Positions 38,674 to 52,670 of a stretch of DNA of 64,000 bases are shown here, in pieces. Position numbers and translations under genes: made by a program. The stretch is from Octopus bimaculoides (lineage: Eukaryota): the NCBI RefSeq assembly GCF_001194135.2, contig NC_068992.1, forward strand, positions 67,196,105 to 67,260,104. Direction: 5' to 3'. Positions within the stretch are counted from its first letter, which is position 1. Each line of letters begins with the position of its first letter. The notes under the pieces were generated by a model. The model ran no database searches, was not told the DNA's origin, and saw only the letters and a program-made list of their open reading frames with translations.

Positions 38674-40057
38674 ATATCTATCTATCTATCTATCTGTCTA
38701 TATGTCTGTCTATCCTACATAAAACCGATTGCAGTAGCATATACGTATGCATATGTGCACGTGTCACTGCGTAGTTATGTGAATTTAAGCTAGCATTGCG
38801 TATATATGGACGTAATTGCCGTTGCATTTGCGTATATAAATAAATGCATACATGTAATCTGTATTGATTCTTTCTTGGCTGGAACTCTGCCGAAATTTGT
38901 CTTCCAACAGCTAGAAGCGATAAAGCTGCTGCAGCAACAGAAGAAGATTATGTTTGGAAACACATCAAAAGCTGACGAAATCTGCGTGCTAGCACTTTGA
39001 ACCAGTCTCACCTATATAAAATATAATACAAAGACAGAATTTTTGAGAATTGTATCAAGTGTCTGACTTTTGATAACGTATCTATTCTCCTCGCAGTTTT
39101 ACTTTGATGACATGAAATGCTATTTTACTTAGAACAAAATATCTATTGTAATATATACCTTACCCAGGAGATGCTTTTGTTGTTAGAAATATTGTTTTCG
39201 GCAGCTTTGGAGCTATATAATCCACTTTCAGTAATTGAGTCTCACAACATTCTCGTATCTCACTAAAACGGAACGTTCCTTAATAAGTTTGCAAAGCTTA
39301 AATTAAATTGATGCATAGAAAGAAAATGTACGGGTGTATATATTTAGCGTTTGTCTCTATTCAAATTTATCCAGGTACAGTTTTTCCCCATTTTGCTTCC
39401 AATAAACGTGTAGATTTACTATATAAGGCCCAATTAAAATTATAGAGTGTTGTTTGTATTGACAAATATTACTGCAATTAACATGGTTTTCTAATTCCAG
39501 AAGCATATATTCGCTGCTTCAACTACGATAATGACTGAGAATAAAGGAATGTTTAAAGTTGTCGTTTACATGTTTTTTTTTCTGATTTGTGCATCCGCAT
39601 TATTTAGAGCACAATATTTGACTGAAAACGAAGGAAGACTCAGAAAATGCTCTTGTGCAACAGTGTCGATACTTAACTTGCGAAGGTAACGCTATGATAA
39701 AAGTAATTTTAAACTAACAATATCGTCGCAATAAAATTTGTTCTTAATCCAAATAAAAAAATTGATGTTTGAAAGAGGGATTGAGTGAAGTGTTTAGTGT
39801 AATATCTCTGAGATAGTAGAATGTAGAGCAGAGTAGATAGATAAATAGATATATAGATAAAGAGTTAGCGAGAGAGAGGTAGAGAGGGAAGGGGAGAGAT
39901 AGGGGGGGGAAGAAGGATAGAAAAAGAGAGAAACATGGGGAAAGAAGCAGCTGCATCTAAATAGCTTATTTGGAGATGCTGTATTAATCTCAAATAATCC
40001 AAAGGTTACAGTGGTGTAGAAGTAAAGTTGAATGGTATTTAATGAATATAATCTAGA

Positions 40058-40058
<1 letters not shown>

Positions 40059-40127
<69 letters not shown>

Positions 40128-40148
40128 GTGTGTGCGTGTGTGTGTGCG
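40059..40148. repeat. (GT)n microsatellite
   Basis: Direct reading. Confidence 0.98.
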
Positions 40149-40313
40149 TGCTATGCTCAAAATATTAAGCGTCTTTTGCTTTTTAGTGTAAAGAATCATA
40201 AAGAGTCGAGAAGTTCAGGAACCCTGATTTAGTTGTAGTAACGACATGTCTCCTTGTATGCTCATCAAATATTTAAAAAAAACTAGCAATTGTAGAGTAT
40301 AACAGTGAATCCA

Positions 40314-40496
40314 GGTAATAAAAAGTCACAGGTAAAAAAGTTCAGAGGCAAAAAGGTCGCGGAAAAAAGTCACAAGAAAAAACGTCACAGGGGTTTTGAT
40401 GGGAATGGGGGTTGCTCGAGGGGTTTTGTCTTAGGGCATTTTTGTCCGGATCCCATAAGTTAATTGCGACTTCTTTTTTCCTGTGAATTTATTACC
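40314..40496. mobile_element. Foldback-type MITE relic with modular 14-17 bp inverted termini
   Basis: Left modules gg(t)aaaaaagtcaca x5. Right tgtgaatttattacc and tgcgacttcttttttcc are their reverse complements. Confidence 0.6.
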
Positions 40497-41104
40497 AGTC
40501 ACAATAACGATCTCCCCACTGCATTAAATACGAATGGATAGAATCTTGCAAATTTGTTTCCTTCATATTTATTAGGGTTGGGCATCTATTAATGGTGTTA
40601 AAATAATCTAGATTTCTTGCTCCATAGCGTCATAGGAACATCTGTCAGCGCAAGATGTTCCTGCAGAAAAAAAAAACACTAATCAAGTTGAATTTCATTT
40701 ATAATTGCTGCCAAGGAATGGAACAGAATCTAATTTTTTCTACAACATTAAATGGCAGCGACAATAGTACAGCGACATTCTTTGTATCTCTAAATGTCTA
40801 CACTCTTTCTTGTTTAGTAATATATAGTGCATCAAAATAAATCTTTAGTGACGAAGCAATTTATCTTAAATGGTTTGGACGTACTTCAATAGTTAAGATA
40901 ACATGAATGAACAAATAAGTTTGAATATAGAATATTTCCAGAATAAACGAGTATATGTCTGCCAGATAGATTAATGATTGTAGCTAATTTTACTGAATTG
41001 AAAACGTTTGAAAAATAAATAACATGAATTATAGGAAATCAGGAACGCCATTAATCTTTAGGTTGTCATTCATTCATTCGCTCACAATTATGAAACTAAC
41101 TTCA

Positions 41105-41164
<60 letters not shown>

Positions 41165-44100
41165 ATCTTTCTNNNNNNNNNNCTATCTATCTATCTATCT
41201 ATCTATCCATCTACATTTTCATCTACGAAAGCAGACATACATACAACTATATACATACGTGTGTGTATGTACACATACAAATGCCCATGTGAATGAAATC
41301 ATACATATTCCTATGCACACATACATGTGTATCAAATGAGGTTTAGTGATTGATCTCCACATAAAATTCACTTTGAAACAGAGATAATCAAGTCAATATA
41401 GATTTTCCAATCTGTAATGAACGTTGACGATAGGCAAGAACAAAGATACAATTTATTGGATGTTCATTAGTAAAAGTGCAAACAAAGAACTGAACAAGTG
41501 AGAAGTACAAAGAAGAACAATCAACAACAGATTAATATAGTAACATGCAACCAGTTGAAAACTCGCCGAATCATATCTCGTCGCCGAGACTGCTTTCTAA
41601 CAGCATCCAATAAACTTACATTTCAATGTTGTGTATATATTTAATATGAGAGAAGTAGAAAAGAGTGGTATACTTCATTATTTTAATCAGTGTTAGGCAG
41701 AGGAATTAAAGAATGCCGTGTTCAAAACTCGTGGAAGAGGTTTCGAATTAACTTTAAAGAAATAGGTGATGCCTTCCTACTTCGCCGGTATTCAAGAAAT
41801 AACGGTGTGATGAAGCCACGCTATTTTCACTAAAGAGTTGGGTATGATTGAGGTATATAAGGTTGCTCTTTCTAGCGGATCGTGTGATCATATACAGCTG
41901 TGAGCATGGGTAGCTTTTTCGAGACCGGATCACAAAAGAATTCAAATGCATTTTTCGTTAGACGTACCATTCAGTAATTCCCGCAGGCCGCAGTATACCA
42001 TTGGATAATGTAATACGGTTTATAATTTGAAGTGAGGTGGTCATGGTTGAAACGGCTTTGTTCATGAGTGTTATCGAATCCAATTTAAGCAGCAGAAAAT
42101 ATACTCTTCCTCCACCTCCACCTCTACCTCCACTGTATCTCTTCCACTTTACCTCCTCCTCCTCCTCCTCCTCATCATCATGGGGCAACCTTCAAACACT
42201 AGTCAGAATCAAGACAGCTGCGACATAAGCCTCGTCTCACTATTTGAAGTTTTTGAAAATTAGTGTAAACTGTTAAACCGGTTTAAGCTTTAAATATAAT
42301 AATAAAAAATATTTTAACTTTTCTCAATACATTTTNNNNNNNNNNNNNNNNNNNNNNNNNNNNNNNNNNNNNNNNNNNNNNNNNNNNNNNNNNNNNNNNN
42401 NNNNNNNNNNNNNNNNNNNNNNNNNNNNNNNNNNNNNNNNNNNNNNNNNNNNNNNNNNNNNNNNNNNNNNNNNNNNNNNNNNNNNNNNNNNNNNNNNNNN
42501 NNNNNNNNNNNNNNNNNNNNNNNNNNNNNNNNNNNNNNNNNNNNNNNNNNNNNNNNNNNNNNNNNNNNNNNNNNNNNNNNNNNNNNNNNNNNNNNNNNNN
42601 NNNNNNNNNNNNNNNNNNNNNNNNNNNNNNNNNNNNNNNNNNNNNNNNNNNNNNNNNNNNNNNNNNNNNNNNNNNNNNNNNNNNNNNNNNNNNNNNNNNN
42701 NNNNNNNNNNNNNNNNNNNNNNNNNNNNNNNNNNNNNNNNNNNNNNNNNNNNNNNNNNNNNNNNNNNNNNNNNNNNNNNNNNNNNNNNNNNNNNNNNNNN
42801 NNNNNNNNNNNNNATATATACGTATATATATATACGTATATATATATACGTATATGAAGGGTTAACCACTAAGTGGACGTCCATTATGCTAGAAATAGAC
42901 CATCTACGATCAAGCCACAAAAGAAAAGAATGTTCTCCAGAAAAAAAACTTAGCACACACCAGAACATAAGCGGGCAAGACAAATGAAAATACACAAACA
43001 CATACACATATACACGCACAAGCACATAAATATTTAACAAAATATAAACTCTTACAGACATCTTGGTGGACTGTAACCTATAAAAATAAGTCGTTGGCAG
43101 CCCTGGCATTCAAATAAGCGGTACATGTGATACGACGGCAATCTTGTCAACAATTGAAAAATAAACTGAAGCAGATAAGTCTACAATATCCTGTCAGTGC
43201 ACGAATGGGAGAATCAGGGAATACTTGAAAAGACGTTAACATTTTGTAGAAAATTCCGTTTCTATCGCCTGAAACATGTATTAAAGTAATTAATCTTTGA
43301 GAAATATCCAGCATAATTGTCAGGAAATATCGTCGCTGAGTGGAAGGAACAAAGCGATTGTTTGTTTGAAGTGTCAGAGTTAGTATTGAAGTATGGAAAT
43401 AATTGATCGTTAACAAAATGAAAAAGTAACAACACAGCAAAACAGATGGCGCTGTCGGTTTTTCATCATCAGCCTATGAAAGGGGATGTAGAATAGCAAC
43501 AGCCAATTGAAGATACACTTTTAACTGCTACGGCGATAGTGATTGCCGGTTTGAAGTTACTCTTCAACACTTTATTCTTATGGATGATATAAGATATAAG
43601 ATATTTTTCCATTGATACATTTGCCCTTTAGGTGTTATTAATTCTTCAAAGAAGACATATAAGAGTCAATATGTTGCAGAAGAATAACACACAAAAAAAA
43701 AAAAGAAATTCAACTACTTTCCCACTCTCTTCGACCTAAAAATATCTGTAAACATATAAAGCTTGAATTTTATGTTATTTCTGTGAATGATGTCATTGTA
43801 ACGGTTCATTCTCACACTGGACAACATAGTCCTCCAGTATACAATAAACATTGTACTAAAAATCAAATCAGAGTAAAAAGATTACATAGAAATAACACAG
43901 AATAAATATCGTGCTGAAAATGCGATTAATAGGTCTTCATTAAGTAGATATATTTTGATAATAATTTGCATTAATTAGTGCTTGTATATCTTTCTGAAAT
44001 CAAGCAATATGACAATTTGTTGTGTAGTAAGAATTTAAGAAGGTAGGATCATAATGTTTGTCTTTCTCCTTAAACGAGTGACTATAACTATTATGCAGTC

Positions 44101-44461
44101 CATCGTATCTGTTTACTTCACTTTTAAATGACAGAATAATCAGTGGTTATAAACAGAGGATAGTAAATGATATACTGGAACGAAAGCAACAGAATCGTAG
44201 ATTCTACTCGTTGTAAAATTAATTGCTTACTTACTGCGATACACTAACGTGATTCCAAATGAGGAGCCACCAGACACAACAGTATTATGTAGAACAAAAT
44301 AAAGTGTCAAAGCGAATTAAAAAAGTCAAATAATGAACATGGGCGTTTCAATGGGCGACTGATTAGTGTGTAATTACTCTTGTATTCTATGAGGTTCCAC
44401 ACTATCTTTATTCACTGCTTCTTGACTTTGATATACGTCTAAATTTTAAAGACGCATTGGC

Positions 44462-44481
44462 GCACACACACACACACGCAC

Positions 44482-44553
<72 letters not shown>
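44462..44553. repeat. (CA)n microsatellite
   Basis: Direct reading. Confidence 0.98.
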
Positions 44554-44558
<5 letters not shown>

Positions 44559-45025
44559 CTCATCCTCAAATACTGACGCGCTTGTCTGGCAAAAGTGCTG
44601 AAGACATCAATTAGAGGTCCCTATTCATAAAGATGCGGGGGTATTGAACTAAAGTTCAGTATCAAATGGAACACGTGAAACTTTTAATACTTTTTCGAGT
44701 GTATATGCCGTTTCTCTCTTGAGAAAGATTCGTTGTTATGAATATAACCAAATGAGTTGAAAATTCAAAGCGAGAAGAGTAGCAAAAGTACATAACGATT
44801 CCCATGATTAATGTAGACTAAATATTTCTGAATAAATATAAGTCATCTTGATGTCTATTAGGCGAGATGACCATGTGAATATATCTACGGTAAGCGAGTT
44901 CTTCCAAGGTTAATCATTAGTGGGGAAAAACTAATGTGGAACTGTCAACAGCGATCGATTTATAAAATTAATATCGGTGTGTGACAGAATACTCGACTAT
45001 ACCAAAGCAACAACGTACATACATG

Positions 45026-45181
45026 TACCTACTTACCTACCTACCTACCTACCTACCGACCGACCGACCGACCGACCGACCGACCGACCGACCGACCGAC
45101 CGACTTACCTACAAACAAACATACATTGGGATAATGAAAAGTAAACCTAGATACAAACAAACATACGTACTTTTCTATCTG

Positions 45182-45243
<62 letters not shown>
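45026..45243. repeat. Compound microsatellite (CCTA/CCGA ... TCTA)
   Basis: Direct reading. Confidence 0.95.
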
Positions 45244-45254
45244 AAACGAATAAT

Positions 45255-46150
45255 TTGGAGCCACCCGAGAGGCCCGAGTGGCGGAAGTGTAACGAGGCAA
45301 CAGAACACTCCATTATGTCACTTACAGATGAACAGAAGTGCGAATTACTCGAACCTGAATAGATCTGTGAGGCCTTTCATCAACACTTTGCCCGACTATT
45401 CGGGACAACTGGTGGGTCAGAACGCAGAGTGGACTTTAGTGCCTACGTGCATGGCCCGCCACGACTCTCAGCAAGAGAGACGAAATGTTGTGAAAGATCC
45501 ATCACAGCCGCGGATGTACGGGATGCGATGGCAGGCTGCACGAGAGACAAGTCACCAGGCTTGAATGGTCTTCCCTACGAACTTTATTGTCATATATCAA
45601 CTTGTTTGGTAGCGTCTTCGCAGCTGTGTACTACAACTGGCAGCAAAACGAGAGTATCCCCGTCTCTGTAAAGCGAGGAGCAGTGGTACTGCTAAAGAAA
45701 GATCCTAACAAGGGGAACGTCATAGATAACTTCAGTCCCATCACTCTGCTCAACGCAGATTTGAAAATTTTGGCCATGGTGTTAGGACGAAGGGTTAGCG
45801 CTTTTCCTCGAGAAACTAGTCGACAAGGCGCAAACGTGCGCCGTGCCGGGTAGGAGTATCGATGACAATCTCCATCTGATGGGCTACATCATAGAGAAAG
45901 TAGTCAAGGATGGGTGGGGCGCTGATCAATTTGGATCAATCAAAAGCTTTCGATAGGGTAGACCATCACTACTTGGAGGCTGTCCTTAAAGCGACTGGTT
46001 TCAGTCCCATCTTCCGCGGTTGGATCATTGCTTTATACAGCGGCGTCCGCTCGGTAGTTCACGTAAATGGTCATCTATCCAGACCATATAACATCATGTG
46101 TTTGATTCGTCAAGGATGCCTCCTCTCGTCGTTTCTGTATGTATTGACGC
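45255..46150 (+). mobile_element. Tx1/L1-like LINE reverse transcriptase fragment (frameshifted)
   Basis: KSPGLNGLPYELY, VVLLKK...NFSPITLLNADLKILA, LINLDQSKAFDRVDHHYL...IRQGCLLS are canonical non-LTR RT motifs. The fragment is truncated before YADD. Confidence 0.92.
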
Positions 46151-47135
46151 CTGAGAAAGAGATAGATAAATAGAGAGAGGGAAGACTTACAGGTGTCATA
46201 CCAAACTTCTATTCCCTTCTCATATGGAGTTAATCGCAAATACCGCAATATGCTTTCAATACCCAGTAATTTATGTTGACTGCTATTTCATACGACCTTT
46301 TTTCTCTTTATTTGTTTGTATCTGTGATACTGGTCGCGTTGAGCAATTGTCCTTAAATCCTTTTCGTTAAGCAAGTTACTCTATTTAACCATATCTGTTT
46401 TATCTCAACTGTTGGATTCAAAGCAAGGCAACTGCTGGGTTAATTATGTCTATTCAGACAAGAACACCTCCTCTAAGCTGTTCTCAAACAATCAGAAAGT
46501 CTTTTCATGAACAGCATGTCAATTTTAGACCATTTTTGATTCTTTGCAAATTGGAGTCGATCGCAGCTGCCAGCAGGCATTTGTTATTTTTCTCTCGAAG
46601 AGAAAGAATTTCGATAAGTGTGCAATTTGTTTTGTATGCCATTTTATATACTGCAATTCATTTCGATGCACGCATGCAGACATATATAACTTACATAACA
46701 TATAAGCTTATAAGAAAAAAAGGTGTTATGCAGAATTCTATAATACGCTCAAATATTGACAGGTAGTTTAGAATCCTGTGTACGACTATAATATAAGCCT
46801 TTGAGTCGGCTTCACTCTTTTACGTAACCCTGTGCATATTTCATTGCACTTTTTTCAGGTGAATCACGGGTTTTATTCAATTAACTTAACGAGCTATTAA
46901 ATGTTAGTTGAGATTATTGTTGCTTTTGTTTTCTTTTCAAAAATAGTTTCTACAAAATACATCAAATGAGACTTGTAACTTTGAAATCTATTTTAATTAT
47001 CGATATGAACTCACAAACAAAAATCATTAACACTAATTTAATAATTATAATTAATAGTTATTGAAAGCATACCAGCTTAGCTTGTATTATATGAGAAATA
47101 AGAATGCGTATGCGAGTAAATATGTGTGCTTCTAC

Positions 47136-47199
<64 letters not shown>

Positions 47200-48008
47200 A
47201 AACATACACACATATATATGCTATACACAAACACACACACACAAACACATATATGTATGTATATATTTTGGTAGGACTTTATATGTATAATCCCTTATTA
47301 TATGCTTACAGAAATCTATATAAATTGAAGTACTAAACGTTACGCTAGCTATACATTTACAAAACACCATTTTATTGCTGGCACAATAAAATAAGCAAGA
47401 AATATTATACACCAATAAAAAATAAATGTATACTTAAGAATATATTATTTGCAATACAAAACTTCGTAAAGGTTCACGTTCATACACCATACGCTGCTGA
47501 TGAGAAAACTTGTGCATTTCACGTAATGACATTATCAAATTATAAGCAGAATAATTTCGTTCTTTTAGTTTTCTTTCCTTCATCTTATTTTCCAAAAGCC
47601 ATTTAAATCGAATCTCTAGCACTAGATGAAGTTCGACACAAACGGCTGTATGTTTCTAATTCTTGCTAACAGCATTGAAGCAACTTTCTACATATATGTG
47701 AGCAGTTGGAACCTGAATGACAGTTGCATTAGACAAATTTGATTTTCTTCCTACAAATTCTGAAACTACTTGCTGTTGCTAAGTAATGTGGTATCTTACT
47801 GGCGCTAAAATACACTCTGAGAGCTGTCTTTCAAGAAATACGGAAATCTACCTCTATTCTTTGTATTCTTGGAGGTCATAGTGCGTTTGGTACTTGCAAA
47901 TCAAGGTTTTATTCTCTTCACATTCGAAAGAGGTTAAACATTTTATAAGTAAATTACGCTTCCTAGAATCAATCGATCAAACAAGTAATTAATCTATCAA
48001 TCAACCAG

Positions 48009-48039
<31 letters not shown>

Positions 48040-49888
48040 GTCTATCTATCTATCTGTGTCTTTTTCTACATGCTTGTAAGTGCATTTGTGCTTGTGATAG
48101 CGCGTGCGTATACGTATGCATGTGTGTGTGTATCGCTATACATTACCCATACCGGTATATAGGCTGTCCTAAGGCAAAATGTTGAACAAATAGTAAACAA
48201 AATATGTTTTCATCATACCAAAAACAGAAGACGACTATTTGAACAATAGATTGAATCAATGGCTAACATATTACCCTATTCTAATAAAACGGATGCTTTT
48301 TGATCGTGTTTTTGTTTTCTTAAATTATTATGATAGACAAATATGGATCGATGCCCTGGTTCTTGACATTATATTTCAAGTGAAAGCAAGATGTATTTGA
48401 TTCGAACACTGGAGCGTGCATGTATATGTCCATCTAACGGTAAATGTATTCCCCTCCTGCCATTAATGAAATTCTTATCAATGAAGCATGGTACAAACTT
48501 AGAACAAAGAGTATCCAGTAATCAAATGAAAGTGTTACAACAATGTGTACAAGGTAGCTAACCTGTAACTGTACGAAACAATTACTCATCGGACTTCTGC
48601 ATCTTGATATAGGCGCAAGCACACGAGTAAGGCTAAAAGGTAGCATGATATCCTAGAAAGAACAGCTGAACTCATCTCCATGAAGGCTTTACGGTCTTAG
48701 AAAGATAGAACACATTGAGCAATACTGTTCTGTGTGCATTGAGTTGAATAAAGTTGGTTTGTTAGGATTGAAAAAACGTTCAGTATTGAACTTCCCTAAT
48801 ACGGTTGTGAAGAGAAATGTTGCGGCATGGCCGTGAAAAATATCACGGCAAACGATACTCATAAAATTGAGCTCCAAGAAATGGTTGGCGATGATGCTTC
48901 TAGTGCTCTTTAAAAAACGTGACACAAAAAAAATGAAATACATTTTTCAAGTATTTAGGTTTTATTTAGAGAAACATGAAGAAAAGATGGAAACTCACGA
49001 GAATTCAGAGATGTCTTTGCCGAGAATATTTCCATAACTCTGTTCTAGTTGTTGTTTAACCGAAGTTTAATTGCACAGACTTACGATGAAAATTGTTCTC
49101 TTTTCATATTTTAATTTCTTTCCATTGATTTTTCGGAAATTTCATTGGAGAAACTGAGAGTAGCGAGGAGAGAAACGGAGGAGAAAGCGGGCACAACAGA
49201 TTTAGCAATCAGAACAGTAGTTGTCTGCAAATAGCAATTTCCTGGCTGCTGACCATGATCGAAAAACTTATTCATTGCTCTGAGCTAAAAGCTTGGTGTT
49301 AGAGAGAAAGGAAACGGCGCTCTTTGTCTGTCAGTCTGTCTCTCTTTGCATCTATCTCCGTCTCTCTTTGTGTCTCTGGTTGTCTGTCCGTCTCTCTCTC
49401 CCCCTCTCTCTCTCTCCCTCTCTCTCCCTCTCTCTCNNNNNNNNNNNNNNNNNNNNNNNCTCTTTGCATCTATCTCCGTCTCTCTTTGTGTCTCTGGTTG
49501 TCTGTCCGTCTCTCTCTCCCCCTCTCTCTCTCTCCCTCTCTCTCCCTCTCCCTTTCCCTCTCTCCCCTCCCCTCTCCCTCTCTCCCTCTCTCTCCCTCTG
49601 TCTCAATAGCCATGCAATGCTGAGAAGGGAAGAATGGTCGAAAGAGTACCGAAGAATAAATTATAAAGTTAATAAAATGAGAATTAGCAGTTTTTGTCAA
49701 CCCTTGTGGCTAAGCAAGCAGAATTAGTAGCGTGTCGGAGTAAATGCTGAGAGGCAGTTCATCTATCTTTATGATCTGAGTTCAAAATTCGTTGAAATCA
49801 ACTTAGCATCATTTCTGGGTGAATGAAGAAGTACCAGTCCGACTCTCCCCTCCACTCCAAATTCACTGGGATTGTCCCTAAGTTAAAA

Positions 49889-51180
49889 TATTACGTTGTT
49901 CCCAAAATAATGGCCGATTTCAGGAACATAATTTTATTCTGGAAAAAAATATCAATAGAAATGTTTTGATTAGTCAAAATATGAGCAGTGAACATTTATG
50001 TATCTCTGCCGTCGATCAACGACATTATTTAGGCCTCGTCTATAAAAACTTATTGGCTAAGAAATGCTAAGAAATCTTTCAAAGCTGATTCCAACTCTGG
50101 TTTGGACCCTGAAAGTTTTATCACCTAAACACGTGTTTAAATGCTTAAAAAATGGTAGTCAGTGGGTGAAAGGTGAGGAGACAATGGAGGACGTGGTGAA
50201 GTCTCGTATCCCAGGACTTAGTTTCTGCAGCGTGATTCTTGCAACATGGCTTTGCATTATCGTGGAGCAGAATTGGTCCACGCCGATTCACCAATGCAGG
50301 TCTCGTTTTTGGCAAGTGAGCATGCATTTCAGCGAGTTGATTCCAGTAAACCCATGCTGCAATGCTCTAATTGGCTTCCAAAAAGCTGTAATGCACAACA
50401 CCAATTGCAGACCACCAGACAGTCATCACAATTTTTTGATGATGCAACTTTGGCTTTGGGAAATGTTTGGGGGACTCATAACGATCAAGCCATCGACCTG
50501 ATCGTTTACGGTTACCATAAAGGATCTACTTTTCGTCACAAGTGACTATTCGGTCAAGAAAATGATTATTGGTGTTTCGCAGAAAGAGCATCGAGCCCAC
50601 TTCAAAACGCCGAAATTTTTGATTTTCATTGAGCATATGCGCTACTCATTGATCGAACTTTTTCACCTTACCAATCTTCTGCAGATTGCGTCAGACCGTT
50701 GCAGTACCGACACCAAGTGCCTGATACATTTCTCTGACACTTTGACGTGGGTTTTATTCGACAATTGCTTTCAATTGTTCATTGTGAAGACTGCATGACC
50801 ATCCCCTAGCTTCTTCATCTTCAAGGCTCTCATAACCACTACGGAATTTCTGAAACAGCCTTCATACTGTGTGATCACTTGTGGATCCTTTGTGGATCCC
50901 CATGCTCTTTTGATATTGGCAGCAGTTTGGGAGGCATTGCGCCCAAGTTTGAACTCATGCACGAAAAGTAAGCGAAGGTCGATTTTTGGCATATTCATAA
51001 TTAAAGGCGCCTATGCTTCAAGAATGTTTTCTATCTGAAAAAAGTAGAACATTATTAAAGAGCGTACATCAATTATTAAGTGCGTCGAAATTCACCTAAA
51101 ATATAATTAAAATACTATGATAAAATTGCCGTTCGAAACACAACATTAGGAGCGGCTATTAATTTCGGAGCAACCCAATA
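49889..51180 (-). mobile_element. Full-length degenerate mariner (Hsmar1/cecropia-like), about 1.29 kb
   Basis: TA-flanked TIRs tattacgttgttcccaaaataatggccg / tattgggttgctccgaaattaatagccg (23/30 identical). Minus-strand remnants MPKIDLRLLFVHEFKLGRNASQTAANI, RIVTCDEK, GPILLHDNAKP, TDYHF and SYFD*. Stops and frameshifts present. Confidence 0.92.
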
Positions 51181-51199
51181 ATTATAATTATTATTGGTT

Positions 51200-51365
51200 T
51201 TAATACGGCGAGTCGGCAGAATGTTTAACGGGATTTCTGCCGACTCATTACGTTTTGAGTTCAAACGCTGCCGTGGTCGACTTTGTCTTTCCTCTGTTGT
51301 AGTCGATGAAATAAATACATACCTCAAAATTTGAGGCCTTGTGCCTACGGTAGAAAAGACTACAA
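51200..51365 (+). mobile_element. SINE family A copy (diverged, deleted)
   Basis: ggcgagtcggcagaatg...tgagttcaaac...gtcgactttgtc...caaaatttgaggccttgtgcc. Confidence 0.7.
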
Positions 51366-51489
51366 TTATGGTTGTTGCTCACGACTACATGTTACGTGGG
51401 GTTTTTTTTTATCGTTGTGAGTTCCGATGAAAAATATCCTGTTTATTGCTTAAGGTTTCGTTACTTTTTATATATTGTTTACAAATTTT

Positions 51490-51690
51490 TCCATAAGGCC
51501 AGTCTTTTCGAGGAAAGGTTTAAGTCGATTACATCAACCTCAGGGAACAGGTGGTACTTATTTTATCGACCGCCGAAATGTAAAGTCAACCTCGGCAGAA
51601 TTTAAACGCACAATGTAAAGACGGACGAAATACCGCTAAGAATTTTACCCATCGTGCTAACGGTTCGGCCAGTTCGCCGACCGCCTTCTT
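51490..51690 (-). mobile_element. SINE family A copy
   Basis: gtcgattacatc...aagtcaacctcggcagaattt...gacgaaataccgctaag...gtgctaacggttcggccagttcgccg. Confidence 0.8.
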
Positions 51691-52179
51691 ACTTTCGTAT
51701 ATTATTTTTTACTTTGTTGATGAATTGACATCAAGTGTGAATGTAAGTCAATTTAATGTTCTCTCTTAAAATGAATGAAATTCTTTGCTTGATGCCTTTA
51801 CTTCTGTTTTGGAAAGTTGAAAACTGAAATAAGCGTCGCCCATCATGCTAGTAAGTAACACAGATGTTAGAAAAGAGAGAGGGAAGCTGTAATAGCATAA
51901 TTACAGTTACCGACACTATTGCCTTCTCCAGCAGAACATCATTACGACTACCTCCTATGCCTGATACAGTTGACAGTAATAGTTGTGATCGACACAATGA
52001 ATAGTCCCAGCATCAGTCATACTAAAATGTTCCCAGCAGGAGTGTCATGTGGAGTTCAAACTACTTCTGTCCTGACGTAGATCAATATCAGCAGCAACTA
52101 AAGTTTCCATCAACTTCGGTAACGATGATGGAGTGGTTGGTGGTTCTTAATAAAAGTTGAGTCAATAAACTTTAGGAAT

Positions 52180-52670
52180 TATGAAACGAAGACGTTTGAA
52201 GGAAGAAATATTTAAAAGATTAGGAGATGCTGTTGGGGAAGGTGTTGTAGCGAGAAAGCAGCATCGAAAATAGCGCTTGATAATTTATTCAAAGCGGATT
52301 ATGGAGTTTTTGCTTTTGCTTTAATACTTGAAAAGCCGTGTAGCTTTGTGGACTCTCCGAAACTTGTAGGATCAATGCCACTGTTGGTGATAATGGTGGG
52401 GGTTTTGACAGTTCCAAATTGATTACAGGATGCAAAACAGAAGTAGAGATAGAATTCTACAGAAGGGACTGTATGAAGAGGAATGACTGGATTTGTTAAT
52501 GCGTGATGGTCATGTATTAGTAACCATATAGTGGGTGATGGGAGGGTGCTAGTGAAAGATAGTAGGGTAGGTGTGAATAGAGGTGGAAGGAGACCAATCA
52601 GAATCAAGGACACAGATGCCCCTGCAATAGTAAGGCCTAGAGATTGCTTGTAGTCGGCAGCTGACATTCA
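52180..52670 (+). mobile_element. Possible decayed RTE-like LINE tail
   Basis: Fragments GHV and RGGRRP resemble RTE RW.GHV.R...RGRP. Many stops. Confidence 0.3.

Noticed and set aside
38806-39011. Overlapping short ORFs in a slightly GC-richer island
   Set aside because: No motif and no good donor site.
43441-43460. cagatggcgctgtc resembling a CTCF/RE1 half-site
   Set aside because: Partial short match that is expected by chance or within repeats.
49342-49546. Direct duplication of about 89 bp around a 23-N gap
   Set aside because: Identical copies flanking a short N spacer are typical of unmerged overlapping contig ends.
52299-52667. 122-aa minus-strand ORF
   Set aside because: No recognisable domain. 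The opposite strand looks like a decayed RTE tail.
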